Shown here: one piece after another, positions 45,248-54,232 of the stretch
Numbering within the stretch: position 1 is the first letter of the stretch
Layout: each line of letters starts with the position of its first letter
NCBI GenBank assembly: GCA_963785725.1
Contig: CAWAWS010000003.1
Span: forward strand, 1-64,000
Direction of reading: 5' to 3'
Origin: an uncultured delta proteobacterium
GTDB taxonomy: Bacteria > Myxococcota_A > Polyangia > Palsa-1104
Length of the DNA stretch: 64,000 nt
Translations under genes and position numbers: made by a program
The notes under the pieces: model-generated
The model's input: only the letters and a program-made list of their open reading frames with translations
Databases searched by the model: none
What the model was told of the DNA's origin: nothing

Positions 45248-46726
45248 ATGAGCCTTGCGGCAACGAGCAACAGCAATAGCGAGAATACGTCCACCTATCG
45301 ACTGCCGAAGAAAGCGGGCGGGCTGCAATTGGGCGCGCGCCTCGGCGAATTCGCGGACTTCTTGCGCGGCAACACCAACCTCGATCCCGAGCTGCGCCGC
45401 GCCCAAGCCGACGTCATGATCGCCCGCGCGCAAGTGCTCATCTGGATCTCGGTGTTCGTCATGCCGAGCTGCATTCTGTCGTATGTCTTCTTCAATCGCG
45501 CCGATCGCCTGATGCTGGCGGCGACGATCGTCGGCGCCGCCATCGTCGCCGTGCTGCTCCTCGCCGTCGTCATTCGCGGCGGCCTTTTTCGCGGCCGCGA
45601 GCAGCTGGCGATGCTCATCCTCGTCGGCGGCGTGTTCGGGCCGACGGGCGCGCTCATCACCGTCGTCTCGCCCGGCAACAGCGGCAACTTCTTCTTCTCG
45701 TTCTTTCTCATTTACTTCGCCTTCACCGCGCTCTTTCCCGCCGACGTCAAATGGGTCTTGGCGACTTCGATGGCGCTCATTGCCAGCTATTTGGGTGCCA
45801 ATGCTTTGCAACAAGGGACTTTGCATTTCTCGGGGGAGCTGACGAACAACCTCATTTACTTGGCGGAGCTGACGTTCATCGGCGTCGTGCTCAATCGCGT
45901 CTTGTGTCGCCTGTTCTTCGACGAGCGGCGCGCGCAGCAGGAGTTACGCGGCGCCCGCGACGCGCTGTTCTCGGAGATGGAAGTCGCGCAAGAGATTCAG
46001 ACGCTCTTGTTGCCGAAGAATCCGCAAGTGGAAGGCAATGTCGTCAGCGGCTTGATGGTGCCGGCGACCGAGGTCGGCGGCGATTATTACGACGTCATCG
46101 TCTCCAATAACGGCCGCACCTTCATCGCCATTGGCGACGTTTCGGGCCACGGCGTCACTTCGGGATTAACGATGATGATGGCGCGCGCGAGCTTATTGGG
46201 CGCGCTCGAAGCCAGCCCGACTGCGTCGCTCGAATCGCTGTATCAAATATTGAATCGCTGCCTGCGCCAGAACTTGGAGCGCATGGAGCTGAGCCTGTAT
46301 ATGACCTTCGCGCTGTTCGAGCACCTCGGCGAAGGGCGCTTTCGCGGCGTCGGCCGCCACTTGCCGGCGCTGATCTATCGGCACGCGCTCGACAAAGTGG
46401 AAGAGATCGATCTCGACGGCATTTGGCTCGGCATTTTACCCGACGTCACCGCCGATCAATTGCCGGCGGCGACCATTCAATTGGCGCCCGGCGATCTGCT
46501 GTTCCTTTATACCGACGGCATCGTCGAGCACGAAGGGCCGGGCGGCATGTTCGGCTTCGAGCGGCTGAAGACGCTGATTCAACTGGCCGCGCGCGACGGC
46601 GCCGCCGAGCTCATCGCCAAAGTCATGCGCGAGCTGAACGCTTACTCGGGCAAGCAAGAAGACGACGTCACCATGCTCGCCGTCAATCACACCGGCCAGC
46701 GCCATTCGCCACGCGCGAGCGCTTAG
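45248..46726 (+). CDS. Membrane-embedded PP2C/SpoIIE-family phosphatase (about 6 TM helices; SiaA/RsbU-like)
   Basis: Hydrophobic N-terminal half; 'EMEVAQEIQTLLLP', 'EVGGDYYD', 'IGDVSGHG', 'LYTDGIVE', 'QEDDVT'. Confidence 0.9.
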   Translation: MSLAATSNSNSENTSTYRLPKKAGGLQLGARLGEFADFLRGNTNLDPELRRAQADVMIARAQVLIWISVFVMPSCILSYVFFNRADRLMLAATIVGAAIVAVLLLAVVIRGGLFRGREQLAMLILVGGVFGPTGALITVVSPGNSGNFFFSFFLIYFAFTALFPADVKWVLATSMALIASYLGANALQQGTLHFSGELTNNLIYLAELTFIGVVLNRVLCRLFFDERRAQQELRGARDALFSEMEVAQEIQTLLLPKNPQVEGNVVSGLMVPATEVGGDYYDVIVSNNGRTFIAIGDVSGHGVTSGLTMMMARASLLGALEASPTASLESLYQILNRCLRQNLERMELSLYMTFALFEHLGEGRFRGVGRHLPALIYRHALDKVEEIDLDGIWLGILPDVTADQLPAATIQLAPGDLLFLYTDGIVEHEGPGGMFGFERLKTLIQLAARDGAAELIAKVMRELNAYSGKQEDDVTMLAVNHTGQRHSPRASA

Positions 46727-46759
46727 CGGCCGCTTGGCCGACTCTAAAGGAGAACTGCA

Positions 46760-47122
46760 ATGGACGATTTGAACGCGGGCGATTTGAACATTCAGGTCAT
46801 CAGCAAAGACAACTTATCGGTACAGTTGGTCTTGCGCGGTCGCAGTAACGACCGGCAGCCGACGCGGCTCTTGTCGCCCTATTTCGCGACGGCGGTGGCG
46901 ACGGCCGCGGCCGCGAACGTGCCGCTGGAGTTGCACTTCGAGCAGCTGGAGCACTTCAATTCGTCGACGATTACGGTGCTCATTCAATTGATCCAAGAAG
47001 CGCGCAATAAGGGGATCAAGCTGAGCTTCGTCTATCGACAAGACTTGAAGTGGCAAAAGCTCAGCTTCGATGCGCTCAAAGTATTTACCAAGGATGGTCA
47101 GCTCGAATTGCGGGCCGTTTAA
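46760..47122 (+). CDS. STAS/SiaC-like protein with a putative phosphoacceptor Ser (FNSST)
   Basis: AAGGAG RBS; 'LRGRS...P..LLSPYF...LHFEQLEHFNSSTITVLI...KWQKLSF'. Confidence 0.6.
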   Translation: MDDLNAGDLNIQVISKDNLSVQLVLRGRSNDRQPTRLLSPYFATAVATAAAANVPLELHFEQLEHFNSSTITVLIQLIQEARNKGIKLSFVYRQDLKWQKLSFDALKVFTKDGQLELRAV

Positions 47123-47135
47123 AGGAGATCGCGTC

Positions 47136-47624
47136 ATGTCGAGCTTCAATTTTTCCATCGATCTTCCGGTGCGCAGCGAGTGGAAGAACGTCGACCTCTT
47201 GCGCACGTCGGTACAAAACTGCTTCGTCGCCATCTTCAGCGACCTCGATGGGTGCCATGCCATTTCGATGGTCACCGGCGAGCTCATCGAGAACGCCATC
47301 AAATACGGCCATTGGGACGGCGAGACGCAGTCGTTTCGGCTGCGCGTCTCGGGCGGCGCCGGTCGGGCGACGATCACCGTCGAGAATCCGATCAAAGCCG
47401 GCGACGAAGGCGTGGCCGACCTGTTGCGCACGATCGCCTGGCTGCAGGATTTCCCGTCGGCGGCCGAGGCTTATCGCGCGCGGCTGATGGAGATAGCGGC
47501 GGCGCCGGCCGATTCCGGCGCCAGCCGGCTGGGGCTCGTGCGCGTCGCTTACGAAGGCGGCTGCAAGCTGTACGCGGAGCCGCTCGGCAACACGCTGGCG
47601 GTGTCCGCCGCGATGGAGTTCTGA
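47136..47624 (+). CDS. GHKL-type anti-sigma-like Ser/Thr kinase (RsbW/SiaB-like)
   Basis: AAGGAG RBS; N-box 'MVTGELIENAIKYG'; 'SRLGLVRVAYEG'. Confidence 0.7.
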   Translation: MSSFNFSIDLPVRSEWKNVDLLRTSVQNCFVAIFSDLDGCHAISMVTGELIENAIKYGHWDGETQSFRLRVSGGAGRATITVENPIKAGDEGVADLLRTIAWLQDFPSAAEAYRARLMEIAAAPADSGASRLGLVRVAYEGGCKLYAEPLGNTLAVSAAMEF

Positions 47625-47627
47625 CGC

Positions 47628-48152
47628 ATGAGCCGCAATCAACTGCGCCTCGAGCTGCAGCTCGACGGACAATGGGAGCGCATCGACAGCGTGCGCGAGG
47701 CGGTCGGCCATTCGGTGGCGGCCGCGTTCGGCGACGGCGACCTGCGCGACTCGCTGGCCATGGTCACGGCCGAGCTGCTCGAGAACGCGCTCAAATACGG
47801 CGAGGCCGACGCTGGCGTCGAGCTCACGATCGTGAGCGAGCCGGAGGCGCTCGTCGTCACCGTCGGCAACGCCGTCAAAGAGGACTCGCCGCACATCGTC
47901 GCGCTGCAAAAGCGGCTCGCGTGGCTGCGCGAGTTCGACGATCCGTTCACCGCCTACACGACGGCGCTGGCCGAAGTCTTCGATCGCAAAGGGCCGGACA
48001 GCGTCGACAGCGGGCTCGGCTTCGCGCGCATCGGCTACGAAGGGCGCTGCGTGATCGCGTGCGACACGTCGCGGCCCGGCTTCGTGTCGGTGACGGCGCG
48101 ACGGCAAAAGAGCGAGACCGTCGAGCTGCACGCCGACGCGAGGCTGTCATGA
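47628..48152 (+). CDS. Second RsbW/SiaB-like GHKL kinase paralog
   Basis: 'MVTAELLENALKYG'; 'SGLGFARIGYEG'. Confidence 0.7.
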   Translation: MSRNQLRLELQLDGQWERIDSVREAVGHSVAAAFGDGDLRDSLAMVTAELLENALKYGEADAGVELTIVSEPEALVVTVGNAVKEDSPHIVALQKRLAWLREFDDPFTAYTTALAEVFDRKGPDSVDSGLGFARIGYEGRCVIACDTSRPGFVSVTARRQKSETVELHADARLS

Positions 48153-48553
48153 CGACGAGCCCGACGCAGCCGCAAGCGGTCAAGCCCGAGGTGCGCGTCT
48201 CGATTGGGCCGACCCAAGAGAACGTCATCACGTTTACGGGTTTGATGCGCGAGGTCGATCCGGGCAGCTGGTTCCTGCCGCTCATCGACGAGGTGCACGG
48301 CAAGCTGCTCGCCGGCCGCATCAACAACGTCGTCGTCGACATTCGCAAGCTGACGTATTCGAACGCCGCCGGCTGGAAGTGCTTCGTCTATTGGATGAAG
48401 AAGATGCAAGAGGACGAGCGGTCGACGTATCGCATGTGCATCTTGTGCGAGGAGACGCTCGGCTGGCAGCAGGTGGGCATGTCGGCGCTGCGCGTGTTCG
48501 GCGGCGAGCGGCTGCAGCTCAAGGTCTACAACGGCGATAAGCGGGTGCGCTGA
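48149..48553 (+). CDS. Second STAS/SiaC-like protein, NAA at the position of NSS
   Basis: ATGA overlap; 'ITFTG...DPGSWFLP...VVDIRKLTYSNAAGWKCFVYW...GWQQVGM' aligns by eye with 46760..47122. Confidence 0.55.
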   Translation: MTTSPTQPQAVKPEVRVSIGPTQENVITFTGLMREVDPGSWFLPLIDEVHGKLLAGRINNVVVDIRKLTYSNAAGWKCFVYWMKKMQEDERSTYRMCILCEETLGWQQVGMSALRVFGGERLQLKVYNGDKRVR

Positions 48554-48589
48554 CGACTGGGATTCCGCGCGCGACGGCGCGCGGGTTAG

Positions 48590-48850
48590 TTAGCGGACGC
48601 GGGTCTGCAGGCTGTCGACGGCGTGGATCGGCGGCGCGGCGCCGGCCATGAGCGGCGCGATGGCCGCGTACACCAGGCGCTGGCTCTTGAGCATGTTGAG
48701 CCCTTCGAACGCCGCGGCCGTGACGACGATCGTGTAATGCCCATTCCCGCCGTCGACGTCACACTTGGCGCCGGCGATCGCGCCTTCGACGGCCGTGCGA
48801 ATCGCCGCCAAGATGTCGCCCTGGAAGTCGGTGTCGTGCTTGCCCGACAT
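48590..48850 (-). CDS. bolA: BolA/IbaG-family protein
   Basis: 'GNGHYTIVVTAAAFEGLNMLKSQRLVYAAI...IHAV'; directly downstream of the Grx4 gene. Confidence 0.85.
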   Translation of the reverse strand: MSGKHDTDFQGDILAAIRTAVEGAIAGAKCDVDGGNGHYTIVVTAAAFEGLNMLKSQRLVYAAIAPLMAGAAPPIHAVDSLQTRVR

Positions 48851-49782
48851 TAGTAGCGCGGCACTTTCGCGTCGACCGTCTGCGACCAGGCGTCGATCCC
48901 GCCTTCGAGGTTGTAGACGTCCTTGAACCCTTCGGCGATGAGCTGCTCGGCCGCGCGCTGGCTACGGCCGCCGTGATGGCAATGCAGCACCACCGTCGCC
49001 GTGCGATCGAGCGCCGCCAGCCGCGCCTGACCGGCGGCGTCGAGCAGCTGCGCGCCGGCGATCGACGCCGTGGCGTGCTCTTCGGGCGTGCGCACGTCGA
49101 ACAGCGCCAGCGTCGCGCCGCTGTCCAGCATGCTCTTGAGCGCCTTGGCCGTCAGCTGCTTGACCCGCGCCGGCTCCTGCGGATTGGCGATCTTGAAGCC
49201 CGCGCCCCGCGCATCCTCCACGAAGTCGATGCTGACGCCGTCGAGCCGCGGCGCGCTCTGCGCATCGACGTGAATCGCCAGCCCCTCCGACGTCACCACG
49301 AAGTCGTTGGGCTGCTTGTCGCCGAAGTAGAGCTCGTACTGGAACTGCGCGTTCGCTTCCATGCGCAGGACCATCCCCGGCGCATCGGCCGCGGCCGACG
49401 AGAACGCCTTGGCCGCCGTCGCCGACAGCGTGATGCTCGGCGCCTTGGCGGGCGCTGCCGGAGCCGGCGCCGCCGCGCCGAACAGCTTCTGCAGCTCGCC
49501 CGACGCGTGCATCGCCTTGACGATGTCGCAGCCGCCGACGAACTCGCCGTCGACGTAGAGCTGCGGGATGGTCGGCCACTGCGAATACTCTTTGATGCCG
49601 TCGCGAATCGCCGGATCGGCGAGCACGTTCACCGTCTCGTACTTCGGAACCAGCGGGTTGAGCAGCGACACGACGGTCGCGGAAAAGCCGCACTGCGGGA
49701 AGCTCTTGCTCCCCTTCATGAAGAGCACGACCTTGTTGTTCTTGATGGTGCGCTCGATCTGCCCGCGAACATTCTCGTCCAT
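48850..49782 (-). CDS. grxD: Monothiol glutaredoxin Grx4 fused to a Cys-less HesB/IscA-like domain and a rhodanese domain
   Basis: 'LFMKG..FPQCGFS', 'WPTIPQLYVDGEFVGGCDI'; 'ITLSATAA...IHVD..SAPRLDGVSIDFVED..GFKIANP'; 'DVRTPEEH', 'HCHHGGRS', 'NLEGGIDAW'. Confidence 0.88.
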   Translation of the reverse strand: MDENVRGQIERTIKNNKVVLFMKGSKSFPQCGFSATVVSLLNPLVPKYETVNVLADPAIRDGIKEYSQWPTIPQLYVDGEFVGGCDIVKAMHASGELQKLFGAAAPAPAAPAKAPSITLSATAAKAFSSAAADAPGMVLRMEANAQFQYELYFGDKQPNDFVVTSEGLAIHVDAQSAPRLDGVSIDFVEDARGAGFKIANPQEPARVKQLTAKALKSMLDSGATLALFDVRTPEEHATASIAGAQLLDAAGQARLAALDRTATVVLHCHHGGRSQRAAEQLIAEGFKDVYNLEGGIDAWSQTVDAKVPRY

Positions 49783-49866
49783 ACGTCTCGCCTCGACTCG
49801 TTTGCCAGGATAACGGCGCTATAGAGGTAGCCACTTCGTGGCCGAGACGCAACCCATCGGTCGGAT

Positions 49867-51126
49867 CTAAGGATGTAATTCGTCTTCGCGCGGCTTGATT
49901 TGGTCGAGCCGGCCCAGCTTCAGCAGCACCGGCCACAAGATCGGCGCCGCCACGACCGCCGCCAGCGTGCCGAAGCCGCCCAGCATGACCGAGCCGATGG
50001 GGCCGAGCAGCGCCGCCGTGACGCCCGACTCGAACTCGCCCAGCTCGTTCGACAGGCCGATGAAGACGTAGTGCACCGCCGAGACGCGGCCGCGCAGCCG
50101 ATCGGGCGTCACCACCTGCTCGAGCGTGCGCCGAATGACGACGCTGAGCGCGTCGAACACGCCGGTCATAAAGAGCAGCGCCATCGACAGCCACAGCGTG
50201 CGCGACAGCCCGAAGCCGAGCACGGCCAGGCCGAAGCCGCCGACGCTGATGAGGAGAACGTGACCCGAGCGACGCCACGGTTTCAAGCGCGTCTGCACCA
50301 GCGCCGTCAGGAGCGAGCCCAGCGACGGCGACGCCTGCAACCAGCCGAGCCCGCGCGGCCCGACGTGCAAGATGTCCTTGGCGAAGATGGGCAAGAGCGC
50401 GTTGACGCCGCCGAGCAGCACGGCGAAGAGGTCGAGCGTGATCGCGGCCAGGAGCTCCTTGGTCTCGAACACGAAGCGCAGGCCGGCCATCAGATCCTTG
50501 CGATCGGGGCGCGGCTTCGGCGCCGACGTCGTCTTCACGACCGGCTCGGGCAGCAGCCACAAGATGAGCGCGAAGGCCGAGGCCGCGACCGCTTCGGCGA
50601 GGAAAATAGGCGTCGCCGAGTGCGTGACGCCGAGCACGAGGCCGGCCAGCGCCGGGCCGACCGTCGCCGAGAGCTGAAACGCCGTCGACGACCAGGCGTT
50701 GACGCGCACGAGCTGCGCCAGCGGCACCATCTGCGGCAAGAGCGCTGACACCGCCGGCGAGTTGAAGGCCGTCGCGATGCCGCTGAAGAAGAGCAGCGCG
50801 TAGATGGTCCAGATCGGCAGGTGAAAGTGGGTGACGAGCGCGAGCCCGAGCGCCGCCGCCGCGCTCATGAGCTGCGTGACGACGCCGACGAGGCGGCGGC
50901 TGCGGCGATCGGCCATGGCGCCGGCGCGCAAGGTCAGGCCGACGACGGGCACGACCTGCACCAGCCCGACGAGCCCGAGCAGCAGCGCCGAGCCGGTGCG
51001 CTCGTACAGCTGCCAGCCGAGCGCCACCGACAGCATCTGCCGGCCCAAGGTGCTGACGAGGCGGCCTAGAATGTACTGCAAGACGCCGGGCAGGCGCAGG
51101 CCGGAGGTCGCTTCAGCGTCGGGCAC
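49867..51126 (-). CDS. MFS transporter (EntS/DHA3-like)
   Basis: About 12 hydrophobic segments; 'GWQLYERTGS', 'GAMADRRSRR', 'TLDLFAVLLGG', 'PDRLRGRV', 'SNELGEFESG'. Confidence 0.9.
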   Translation of the reverse strand: MPDAEATSGLRLPGVLQYILGRLVSTLGRQMLSVALGWQLYERTGSALLLGLVGLVQVVPVVGLTLRAGAMADRRSRRLVGVVTQLMSAAAALGLALVTHFHLPIWTIYALLFFSGIATAFNSPAVSALLPQMVPLAQLVRVNAWSSTAFQLSATVGPALAGLVLGVTHSATPIFLAEAVAASAFALILWLLPEPVVKTTSAPKPRPDRKDLMAGLRFVFETKELLAAITLDLFAVLLGGVNALLPIFAKDILHVGPRGLGWLQASPSLGSLLTALVQTRLKPWRRSGHVLLISVGGFGLAVLGFGLSRTLWLSMALLFMTGVFDALSVVIRRTLEQVVTPDRLRGRVSAVHYVFIGLSNELGEFESGVTAALLGPIGSVMLGGFGTLAAVVAAPILWPVLLKLGRLDQIKPREDELHP

Positions 51127-51198
51127 GATTCATCATGGGATAACGACCGGCGGGCTGCAACGCAACCCGACTGCGCGAACGCGAGCTGTCGGCGAAGG

Positions 51199-51825
51199 TT
51201 ACGAGCCGAGCGCGGCGCGGCGCAGGGCCGACGGGGCTTCGAACGGGCTGACGTCGAGGTGCAGCGCCAAGAGGTCGCCCGCGGCGCGCGCGCCGCTGAC
51301 GCGCACGAACGACAGCGCCGTCAACACGCGACGCAGCACCGGGTTCTTCGCCAGCGCCGGAATCTGCAGGAGGTCGAGCACGAAGCGGTCGTCGTGCGCG
51401 TCGACGAGCGCGCCGTGCTGCATCGGCATCATCTTCACCAGCGACGCCGGCTTCGACAGGTCGAGCGACGCCATCATCATCGCCGCCGGCGAGCCCGCGG
51501 GCGCGTCCAGCTTCAGGTTTTGCACGCGCAGCGCCAGGTTGAGCGCGTCGGGCTTGGGCTCGATCGACTCGATCGTCAGCTCCGCCGACACCTGCAGCTT
51601 CGTGCCGTAGAGGTCGACGGTCAGCCCGAGGCCGAGCGCCGGATCGGCGTGCGTCAGCTCGATGCGCTCGGGCCCTTTGCCGCGCGGACGCTTGTCGATC
51701 GCCCACTGCAAGAGCGGAATCGGCAGGGTCAGCTCGTGGCGCACGGCGTTGCGCGCCGACTGCAGGAGGAACCACGGGTGCGACGTGAGGAAGCCGGCGG
51801 CTTTGAGCGCGGAATCGATCAGCAT
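51199..51825 (-). CDS. Hypothetical protein
   Basis: Intact 208-aa ORF with normal codon bias filling the gap between flanking genes; no recognised motif. Confidence 0.55.
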   Translation of the reverse strand: MLIDSALKAAGFLTSHPWFLLQSARNAVRHELTLPIPLLQWAIDKRPRGKGPERIELTHADPALGLGLTVDLYGTKLQVSAELTIESIEPKPDALNLALRVQNLKLDAPAGSPAAMMMASLDLSKPASLVKMMPMQHGALVDAHDDRFVLDLLQIPALAKNPVLRRVLTALSFVRVSGARAAGDLLALHLDVSPFEAPSALRRAALGS

Positions 51826-51922
51826 GCGCGGACGGTACGCCGAACCGCGAGCGCCTTCAATACGCGTAGGTGCAGTCGGTTCCTAGCGTGATGCCCTGAA
51901 GTGCCATGGCTTCGCGAAGCAA

Positions 51923-53740
51923 TCAGCGGTGAATGGCGGCTTCGAGCGCCGGAATGAGCGCGGCGGTGCAATGCTCGCGCACGAACGCCAACAAGCGGTC
52001 GACGGCGATCGGCTTCTCCAAGATCGAGACGCCGGGATAGCGCGTCGTCTTCTCCACCGACGCCGACATGATGCATACCGGCAGCGCCTGATAGCGGACG
52101 TCGGCGCGAATGCGGTCGAGCACGTCCCAGCCGATCACCCGCGGCATCATCAGATCGAGCAGCACGGCGCACGGCGGCTCGGCGGTGAGCTGATCGATCG
52201 CCGCTTGACCATCGGCGACGGCGATGCAGCGATAACCTTCGGCTTCGAGCAGGAACAGGAGCGACTCGCGCACGTCGGAGTCGTCGTCGGCCATGAGGAT
52301 GTAGCTCGACGCCGTCGAGCGGCTGAGCACGCGCGGCAGCTTGACCGAGAACGTCGAGCCCTGGCCGGGCTGGGAGCGGACGACGACGCTGCCGCCGTGC
52401 GCTTCGACGATCTCGCGCACGATCATGAGGCCGAGGCCGGTGCCGGCGACGTGGTGCTGCGGATCGATGACGCGCGTGTAGCGCTCGAACAGCGTCGGCA
52501 GCGCCGCCGCGTCGATGCCGCGGCCGGTGTCCTCGACCGACAGCTCGACGGCGTCGACGTTGAGCCGCACGCGCGCCGTCACCTTGCCGCCCGAGGGCGT
52601 GAACTTGATGGCGTTCGACAACAGGTTCGTCATCACCTGCGCCAACCGCCGTCGATCGCCCGGGATCTCGATACGATCGTCACCCAACACGACGTCGATC
52701 GACAGCTGCGACTCCTCGGCCAACAGGCGCACGTCGTCGACGGTGACGCGGACGAGCGCGTTGACGTCGACCGGCTCGCGATCGAGCTTGTAGCCGGCGC
52801 CTTCGAGCCGCGCCAAGTCCAAGAAGTCGTTGATGAGCGCCACCATCGAGCGCACGTTGCTGTCGATCTTGCGGATGTCGTCGGTCACCGACGCCGACAA
52901 GAGGCCGCGCCGGCCCGACAGCATGCTCGCCGTGCGCAACATCATCGCCGACAGCGGCGAGCGCAGGTCGTGGGCGATGATCGAGTAGAAGTCGAGCCGA
53001 CGGGCTTCGTTGTGCCGCGCCGTCGTCACGTCGCGCAGCGAGATCGTGCGCGTGGCCGCGAAGTCGCGCGGCAGGGCGCGGATCGTCGGCGAAAAGATGC
53101 GAGCGTCGACCCGCACGTCGGGCAGCGGCAAGAGCGCCTCCGAGCCGCCTAGCCGCAGCGTATCGAGCTGCAAGTCGGGCAAGAGCGTCGTGACCTGCTT
53201 GCCGGTCAGCGAGCGGCCGCCGCCGAAGGCGCGCTCGGCCTCGGCGTTGGCGAAGGCGACCACCCCGGCGGCGTCGACGGCCAAGAGCGCGTCGGGCGCG
53301 TTCGACAAGAGCGCGCGCACGTTGCGCTCGGCCTGCTCGACGCGCTCGAGCATGGCCTTGCCGCGCATCAAGGCGCCGACGCGCGCGCGCAGCTCCATGT
53401 CGTCGTAGGGCTTACGCAGATAATCGTTGGCGCCGGCGTCGAGCGCTTGCACGACCTGCGCGGTCTCGTGATGCGCCGTCAAGAGCAGCACCGACACCTG
53501 CGCGATGCCGCCTTCGCGCGAACGAATGAACTGACAGAGCTCGAGGCCGCTCAGACCCGGCAGCACCCAATCGAGCACCAACACGTCGGGCGCGCCGTCG
53601 CTGAAGCGCTCGAGCATGACGCTGCCGTCCGTGAAGACCTCGACCGTGTAGTCCGCGGCCAGGATCGATCGGGCGCGCTCGCCGTCCATTGGACTGTCGT
53701 CGACAATCCAGACGATTTGGCGGCGCGGGTCGGACAACAT
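51923..53740 (-). CDS. Hybrid sensor kinase REC-PAS-HisKA-HATPase-REC, divergent from the second che operon
   Basis: 'WIVDDS..LVLDWVLP'; 'IIAHDLRSPL'; 'NLLSNAIKF'; 'GTGLGL'; 'VLLDLMMP'. Confidence 0.9.
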   Translation of the reverse strand: MLSDPRRQIVWIVDDSPMDGERARSILAADYTVEVFTDGSVMLERFSDGAPDVLVLDWVLPGLSGLELCQFIRSREGGIAQVSVLLLTAHHETAQVVQALDAGANDYLRKPYDDMELRARVGALMRGKAMLERVEQAERNVRALLSNAPDALLAVDAAGVVAFANAEAERAFGGGRSLTGKQVTTLLPDLQLDTLRLGGSEALLPLPDVRVDARIFSPTIRALPRDFAATRTISLRDVTTARHNEARRLDFYSIIAHDLRSPLSAMMLRTASMLSGRRGLLSASVTDDIRKIDSNVRSMVALINDFLDLARLEGAGYKLDREPVDVNALVRVTVDDVRLLAEESQLSIDVVLGDDRIEIPGDRRRLAQVMTNLLSNAIKFTPSGGKVTARVRLNVDAVELSVEDTGRGIDAAALPTLFERYTRVIDPQHHVAGTGLGLMIVREIVEAHGGSVVVRSQPGQGSTFSVKLPRVLSRSTASSYILMADDDSDVRESLLFLLEAEGYRCIAVADGQAAIDQLTAEPPCAVLLDLMMPRVIGWDVLDRIRADVRYQALPVCIMSASVEKTTRYPGVSILEKPIAVDRLLAFVREHCTAALIPALEAAIHR

Positions 53741-53850
53741 TGACGCCCGATAGTGTAAGCTCCCCACGGTAACGTCAAGGGTAGCCAGGTAAAGAATCGT
53801 CAGTTGACTCTGGTACTTTGCGGCTTAAACGACCTTTCTCAGGGGTGAGC

Positions 53851-54228
53851 GTGCCGGACATCTTGGTAGTGGACGACAGCAAGGTGATGCGCGAGATGGT
53901 CGTAGCCTGTCTGCGCGCCATCGAAGGGCTGACGTTCGCGCACGCGGCCTCGGGACTGGAGGCGATCGAGCAGCTGTCCTTGCGGCCGTACGATCTGGTC
54001 GTGCTCGACTTGAACATGCCGGACATCGGCGGCGTCGAGGTGATCGAGTTCATCCGCGGCCAGGACACGCTGCAGAAGCTGCCGATCCTCGTCGTCACCA
54101 CGCGCGGCGACGACACGTCCAAAGGGCGCGTCATGGCCGCCGGCGCGTCGAGCTTCATGACCAAGCCGTTCCAGCCCGACGCCATCGTCGCCGAAGCACG
54201 GTCGCTGCTCACACGCAGCGCGTCGTGA
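53851..54228 (+). CDS. cheY: CheY-like single-domain response regulator
   Basis: 'ILVVDDSKVMR', 'VVLDLNMPD', 'FMTKPF'; first gene of the che operon. Confidence 0.85.
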   Translation: MPDILVVDDSKVMREMVVACLRAIEGLTFAHAASGLEAIEQLSLRPYDLVVLDLNMPDIGGVEVIEFIRGQDTLQKLPILVVTTRGDDTSKGRVMAAGASSFMTKPFQPDAIVAEARSLLTRSAS

Positions 54229-54232
54229 TCGT

